A stretch of DNA of 64,000 nt from Microbotryum violaceum (taxonomy: Eukaryota), in NCBI GenBank assembly GCA_001244265.2, contig CDLV01000012.1, positions 1,054,001 through 1,118,000 of the forward strand, read 5' to 3'. Shown in pieces: positions 56,999 through 64,000 of this stretch. Position 1 is the first letter of the stretch; each line of letters begins with the position of its first letter. Made by a program: the position numbers and the translations under genes. The notes under the pieces were generated by a model that saw only the letters and a program-made list of their open reading frames with translations, searched no databases and was not told the DNA's origin.

Positions 56999-59900
56999 TC
57001 ACCTACCAACCCTGTGCGGCCTCTTCCTCTTGGACCTTGGCTTAAGCTTCGCTTCCTCACCCTCCATTTTCACCTCGTCCGCCTCTCCATCACTTGCGGA
57101 AGAGATGGAAGCGACGGACCCTTCCTTCCTCCTCTTCCTCAACAACGTCAATTCGTCGTAAAGCTCCTTCGCTCGATCCAAGAAGCTCTGACGACTTGAT
57201 AGACCTTGTGATCCGTCGCCCGAGGTCGGGGTGGTCGTGAGATGGGCATCAATGGCTTCGCGCAGGTGTTGTTCCCAATCTGTCGAGGAAGTCAACGTTG
57301 CAGAAAGGGTCGAGGAGGTGGTTGAAGTAGTGGTAGTGAAGGACCTCGTAATGGGGATGAAAGCGGGCTTGAGTTCGATCAACGAACCCGACGCCGACAG
57401 GCCTGTCGCGCAATTCACTCCAGAGGTCGACGTTGAAGGGGAAGCATTCGGTGTTGTCGTAGTTTGAGCTACCGCTTCCGAAGGGGGTCTTTGACCCGGT
57501 GCCAGAACCGCCGATCCTCGAGGAAGTGGATCGGAAGGACGACCGAATATGTGGAGTAGTTGCCAGGTTAGGGGACAGTCGTCGGGGACGTAGTAGAGCG
57601 GGTTGAGGAGTGGGGGAATGGAGGTGAAACTGTGGAGTTCGGATCGGATCGGTTTAGATGAGGGTGCAGTCGAACACAACAACAAAAACAGAGATCATAC
57701 TTGCAATGGTTTGCCCTGAGCTATCCGATCGTAGAACGCCAAGACGGTTGGATGCGCCATGATTTTGCGAGGGTCAAAGCCATCGACCTTCATCCCCGAG
57801 ATGGTCCGGCATCGAGAAAGAGCGACGTAAGCCCTACACGACGAAGAAACAATGAGCAAGCGTATCAGAGTCACTGTAAAGACGAGTGACAACTTACTGT
57901 CCCTTCTCGAAAGTCTTGTCCAACCTCACGGTGACCGCATCCAATGTCTGTCCCTGAGATTTATGACTGCGCAATTCTCACTGGCGAGTCAGTCGCCCGT
58001 GCTCATCGCATGGCCCGGCTCCGAACGACTCACATCGTCAAAGCCCACGCCAAAGCCAAAGGAATCTGTGACCTCGAGATCGAGTTGGATTTGTCGATAT
58101 CAATCGTCCACGTATGAGGACCCAGTACACCTAAGAGTTCCGCCAATGCGACGTCGGTTAGCTTGACCCCCATCTCATCTCAAGAGCACCAAAAAGAGCT
58201 CACGTTTTTCCCCCGAAATGAAGTACACCACTGGGTACTTCGTATGTGATTGGTTTTCTCCCCAAGCCATCGCGGCGTTCTTACGCCATTCGTCACGTTG
58301 GCTGACAGGACCTTGAGGAGCTGCTCGGTCGTCGGGGTCGTTCAGGGGTGGGTGGGTGAGGGCAAGGAAATCGACGACGACGCCGCGCGACCCGTTGACG
58401 AGGCCGGCTGAGGGTGTCAGAGATTTGGGGAACGAAATTCAGATCCGGGTCCATATGTTCGATCGTCGCTGGGGGGTGAAGTGAGAACTCACTGCTAACG
58501 CTCAGATTGGTGATGAGCATGACCTGAGCTCCCACGCGCAACCTGAGCTTATCCGGGGCTGGACAATCGTTCAACTAAGTCATCGGAGACAGAAAAACCA
58601 AGGTCAGCATGATCCGATCGACACAACACTGCTTTTGTTGTACTAACTCTCTTCATATATATTCCCGCTCCCTCTCCCCATTTCTCATCATTGGCGACGT
58701 AATCAATGATGGGTCCGCTGAGTTGTTCGAAATTGGTCTTGTTCTCGTTGGCTACGTCTTTCTTGGTCGCGTAGAGGTTCGTAGGCTGTCAAATCATACA
58801 TGTAAAACTCGAGTCAGGCTTCGAACAAAGAATCGCATAGTTCCATTGATCGGTCATGCCCTACTTTGATATTTCCCGTCGCAGCCGCAGGGTCGAGACC
58901 GTACCCACACGACTTGATCAACCTGACCGCCTCATCATCACATTTCCCCCTCCTGAACATTTCCAACACGCGAATGAACTCCATATCACTTTGTCGGAAA
59001 ACCTATCGAACCACCACTCCAATGAATCAGCCAGCTGTTTACGGCACGCCACGCCACTTCAACTCACCTTGGTCAATTCCATCACATGAAAACCACATTC
59101 GGCCCAAGCTTCGGTCTCGAACGTAAACTTGCGCGCCCTCGTTTCCAAATGACACCCCTTGACAACCTTGCCATTCCGTTTCCCATCGACGCATTTACGG
59201 ACTTCGTAAGCCGAAACACCTTTAGGCGCTTCTTCGTAGGGCAGGTGGGACTCGGTCAGAGGGATGGTGGTGAAATTTGCTTCGCCTGGGAGTGGGAATG
59301 GGAGAGGTGTGAGTGGTGAAAATGAGCTTGAGGGTGAGCGATGAACCTACCACATCGCATGCACTGAGGGTGCGAATCGGGAACAGGGGGTAGTCTGCGA
59401 TACGCGAGCGAGGTCAGCATCACCTCATCCCCCATCATTCGACTAGAATAGAACTGACTGAAAGAAATCGCCCGACACAATCATCTGCAAACCTCCAAAA
59501 GGCCTCTTATCGGTCCTCACCAACTTGCCCAACAGATCCAATTTCGTAAACAGCTGAGGATCGACCATGGATATCTCATCAATGATGAGCGCATGCGTTT
59601 CCTTCCATAGCTTCCTTTTCCCTTTCCCCAACTTATCATACAAGGTCATTACGTTCTCTTTCCCAATCCCTATTCCGGCCCAGGATTGAATCGTGGCTCC
59701 TCCGATTTGTAAGGCCGCGATTCCGGTGGGTGCGGTGATGGCGTATTCACGTTTTTGAAACCTGATTAATCGACGAATCCTGGAGCCAATATCATCAGCC
59801 AGTCATCAGCAGGATCCGAATGGAAGCTCGGTGTTGTCGACTGACTCGTACAACAAGAACGACTTTCCCACACCAGCCGAGCCAGTGAAGAAGACGTTCC

Positions 59901-60771
59901 TCCCTTCCCGAACCTTGTTCAACACGTCCAACTGCTCGTCCGAACACATCGGATTATCCCTCCACACCGTCTCCTTCTCCTTCTCCGCAAAGTTAGAAAT
60001 GAGGCTGTTGGCCGACGTCTCAATCTTCATCTCCCCCCTCCTCGGACTAATCCGATGCCCCCATTCAGCGAGTGACTTTTGCGCCAATTCCCGATGTTGT
60101 TTCTCCGCCTGTTCCCGAGCTTTCCTTTCAGCGACTTGGGCTTGTCGTCGTTGAGCAGCGAGCCTTTGAGCTTCGATTTGTTCTTTTGTTCGAACGATTC
60201 CGGGGGAAACGACGGTTGAAGTTGGTGGAGAGATGTTACCGCTTAGGGGGATGAAGGATTGGTTGTTGCTGAAGCCAGAAGCGGGAGGAGGGGTTGGGCG
60301 AGGGGCTTGCTGGGAGGGACTCGGGCCGAGAGGCGAGGATTCGATCGTGATGCATTCCATGGGGCTCGAGATAGAGGTAGGTCGAGTTGGGGTTGTAGGT
60401 GCAGTCGATGCAACGAGGATGGGTTTGGTTTCGTTGCCGGGACTAGGATTGGGAGGTCTCGATTCGGGATGAAAGGGACGAAAACCGGGGGTCCAGGGAC
60501 GAACGACAGCGAAAGAGCTCGGTGCGGATGTGACAGGTCGACGCTGAGGTGTAGTCATGGTTCCAGCACGGGGAGTCGGGTCCACATCCATAGCCGAAGT
60601 GTTCGTAGGGGTGGTTGGGTGGCCGAGTGGGAATGCACTTTGGGCTCGGGGTGGTGGAGTTGTGGAGCGGCTAGGACCGATCGGCAACGGCTGGGACTTG
60701 GATGACGCTGATTCGCGAGTACTGGGTGCACTACGCCCGAGGTCTACCCCTCCTTCACCACCGGACGACAT
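56999..60771 (-). CDS. PIF1: Pif1-family 5'-3' DNA helicase, multi-exon
   Basis: FFTGSAGVGKS, TAPTGIAA, LIIDEISMVD, PFGGLQMIVSGDFFQ|LPPV, LRVGAQVMLITNL, HKSQGQTL and AYVALSR. The last exon is attached via an inferred GC-AG intron (otherwise the gene ends at 57695). The start is uncertain. Confidence 0.92.
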
Positions 60772-61427
60772 GATCGGCTACGGTCTGGGCTTTGAGGATC
60801 CCGAAGACGAGAGGAGAGGAGGGTGACTCGTTGGAACACTAACTCCTTTCGAGACGCCCTGCTTCAACGCCGGGTCAACAAGTCGTCTAGAGCGAGCTCT
60901 TGCTCGAGGTTAAAGGGGCCAAGCCACTCCGAGCCACTGGGTTGATGTCGTCGAACCAGTGGATACTTCTGAGCGATGCCAGCGATGTCTCGTAGCTGCG
61001 AGGTGTGGGTGTCGTCTGGTTTCGTGCGACGCGCCTCGACGTGCTGTCAGCCAGCCAGCGAGCCACGTGACAAGCCTATATCGAGCCCAAAGCGATGGGA
61101 CAGTGTTGTTGTCGAGCCACCAGAACTTGAGATCGATGTGTTCGGCGAAGTGGGTGCACAGACGCCGGGTACCACCGGAGTACAGACTGCGATGTACAAG
61201 CTAGCGGAGGACGGACGCGGGACCGAGTGGTTCAGGGGAATGTCAAAAGGGCAAAAGAGCGACGCCGACCGAGGCGATCGCACCGAAATCAGCCGAGCGA
61301 CAGCCGAGCGAGTGTGTGTTATCACTTGCAAAGCCACATCACTCGAATACTCCTTCCGTGAATACTTTCACAATATTTGATACCATCATACTATTACATC
61401 AATGTCCCCAGTACTTTCCCCCCCTTA

Positions 61428-62502
61428 TCAATCCCTTCGCAGATTCGCCAACCTCGATTCCAAATCATCCGAAGCTGCACCTCCTCCGCCTGCACTACTC
61501 GCTCCCATGGGGCCTTCCGCAACGGCCATCCGGTGTGACGATTCGGCGACTCCGACGGCGGGTGCATCGGTGGGTGTTTCGCCGAGCTGCGGGTCGAAAT
61601 CAACCGGGGTCAGTCTCAGCAATTCACGTTCGTGCCGAGTCCGATCTCTCGAGAACCGACCTGCTGCCCAACACGAATCCCAATTTCCGCCAAGACCTCA
61701 TCCAAAATCTTGTTACCTTCCTCCTCTTCATTGTCTTCGTCATCCTCCATCGCATCGTCGATTGAATCGGCCATCATCTCTTCCTTCATGTCCATGCTCG
61801 CCGACTCGCGTTCGAATTCTTGCAAGATCCTTTGAATTTGCGGTAGGTTCGTCTGTTTCGACATGAGGGACATGGCCTGTGTGGGTGTGGGAACAAGTCA
61901 AGAGATTTTTTTGAGAGTAAGAATTTGAGCTTAGAAGCGTTGGATCGTGCGCTTGGGCCGACCTTGGTAGCCCCCTTCATCGCCTCGGCCATCTGTTGAT
62001 TCGATCGCAGTGTCTGAATCCTCAACGACACGGCCTGCAACTGCGTCTTCATGCCATAAAATTTGGAAATGTACTTCCTCGTCCGGACCAAATCCTTGGC
62101 CATCACTTTGCACGCGTTCTGTTGAAAGGCCCGTTCCCCGAAGAAATTCAGTTTCAAAGGCTAGAGTTGCCCCGGCTGGGAGAGGGGCGTACGATTTGGC
62201 CCTTGCGTGCGGAGGTTTTGATGTCATTGACGAGCTTCTTCTCTTGAGCTTCGAGTTTGGTGCGTTCTCGATCGAGTTCACGTTGCGCTTTTTGCAGGGA
62301 ACGTTGATGTTGTCTACCGGGGCGCCGGGGCGGGGTTTGAGCGGGTCGTCAGTCAGCCTCGATGTGTGTGGTGTGGGTGTGGGGGGGGGGGGGGAAAGGG
62401 GAGAAGGCCAAGACGGAGGCCAGGGCGGCTGATCGGGCGTACGTACCTTAGCCTTTCTGCGGGTGTCTTGGAGCGACCAAAGAGTGATTCCACGAGGTTC
62501 AT
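61428..62502 (-). CDS. VPS2: ESCRT-III subunit Vps2/Did4 (CHMP2)
   Basis: LFGRSKTPAERL, MAKDLVRTR, QAVSLRIQTLRSNQQMAEAMKGATK and the MIM motif DDLESRLANLRRD. Confidence 0.95.
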
Positions 62503-62757
62503 ATTGGATGGGTGGGGTGGGTAATGAGGTGGGGAGGGAAGCGGAAAGGTAAACTGGGGCTATCCGGTGAGGGGCCGGGGCTGATACGATTGGCGATGAC
62601 GAGCTGCTAGCACGAACGGGGCACGCCGATCCGAGCGGCGATTTGATGGCGGAGGGCAGCGGTCAACTGATAAGTGGTGACTGAGCAGACGAAGCGCTAG
62701 GCGTGCGTTTTGGGTCACAAGCCAAGCCGGGCTCTCCTAGTACAGCGCAGTATAATT

Positions 62758-62829
62758 ACTCGCGGGGACTCGCGGTACACTCGCGGTATAACTCTCGCGG
62801 TATAACTCTCGCGGTATAACTCTCGCGGT
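62758..62829. repeat. Tandem CTCGCGG array (six cores; 14-bp unit CTCGCGGTATAACT x3) in the VPS2/VPS29 divergent promoter
   Basis: Seen directly. Confidence 0.9.
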
Positions 62830-63019
62830 GACGCTCCACTCAGCTCCACTCGTCCGCCTCATCCTCGCGTCGACTCATCCCATCTTTGGCCTCCCCATCC
62901 CATCTTTGACCTCAGTCATCCACCTCGCCTCCACGACCAAAAACACCCCACCAGTTCATATCCTCATTCAGACACGTAGTCGTCCCACTCGACCCACCCA
63001 CTCATCTCACTCGGTCATC

Positions 63020-64000
63020 ATGGTGCTCGTGCTCGTACTCGGTGACATTCACATCCCCATCCGTACCCACGACCTCCCCGCAAAGTTCAAGAAACTACTC
63101 GTGAGTAAGACACCTTCACGCCTGTGCTCAGCCTCGCACTGATGCATCGTCCCCTCTGCCTTTTACCGTCTCTGTTCCCTCCCCCACACGTGTGTGATCA
63201 ACCCTCTGCGCCTTCAATAACCATCCACTTGCCACCGCACCCAACAGGTCCCGGGCAAGATCCAACAGATTCTTTGTACAGGCAATGTGTGCGATAAAGA
63301 AACATGGGAATACCTCCGTAGCGTCGCACCTGACTTGCGAGGCGTACGCGGCGAATACGATGAGGTACGCTTCTCCCTTACCCTTATCCCCACCCTCTGA
63401 CCCATAGACTGATTGCCCCCTCCCTCGATGAACCCATTCAGAACCCTGCTCTCCCCCTTCAATGGTCCTCCAACACGGGCCCTTACGGATAGGCGTCTTG
63501 CACGGCCATCAAGTCGTCCCCCTCGGCGATACCGAAGCGCTCAGTGCGATCGCGAGGAAACTCGATGTTGATGTTCTCATCTCGGGTGCGACCCATCGGT
63601 AGGCTTTGATTCTCATCTGGCAGGCACACAGAAATTCCCGCAGAATCGTCGATCGGGCTAACTCGCTTTCTTCCGCACCTGACCTGCAGATTCGAAGCGT
63701 TCGAATATGATGGCCGGTTCTTCATCAACCCGGGATCGGCGACCGGCGCTTTTTCCCCTCATTGGACACCACCGGCTACGACACCACCGACGACGATCAA
63801 CCAGCCTTCTACCTCTTCGACAACCGGCGTCGAGTCTACTACCTCCTCGACCACCTCCACTTTGAGCACAGGAACCAAGACTGCGGAAGAAGGAAGACCC
63901 GGCTCCGAAGCAACTGCTGCAGGAACGACAGATCCCAAAGCAGAGGGGAAAAGGAACGGTGCAGGAGAAGAAGAAGAAGCAGAAACGGAGCAAGATCAAT
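63020..64000 (+). CDS. VPS29: Retromer subunit Vps29, 3'-partial
   Basis: [42 protein letters not shown] and [11 protein letters not shown]. Confidence 0.95.

Noticed and set aside
56999..60771. PIF1 as a Helitron helicase driving the gene-fragment mosaic
   Set aside because: It has no HUH/Rep domain and has cellular-type Pif1 motifs. I found no hairpin+CTRR terminus around the islands.

Overview
Intron-rich, GC-rich fungal genomic DNA. Gene content and splice signals suggest a basidiomycete, probably a Pucciniomycotina yeast (inference). Most of the window is densely packed housekeeping genes: RAD23 (partial), calcineurin A, a chromodomain protein, RKI1, GCN5, a PRKRIP1-like gene, an aspartic protease, RRP40, HAP3, a Met30/SconB F-box protein, an importin-4-like gene, SMI1/KNR4, URA6, PIF1, VPS2 and VPS29 (partial). 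Two accessory blocks (~38-48 kb and ~51-56.3 kb) flank URA6. They carry a shuffled family of restriction-endonuclease (REase)-like and minimal protein-kinase modules: a FunK1 kinase; a head-to-head paralog pair (REase-like alone vs degenerate REase-like plus kinase) sharing two intron positions; a PIN/XPG-N-kinase chimera; a truncated paralog; and a nest of inverted and direct repeats. Four single-base deletions in homopolymer runs, two of them in conserved genes, suggest sequencing error, so pseudogene calls here need caution. Exon boundaries were read by eye and no database searches were run.
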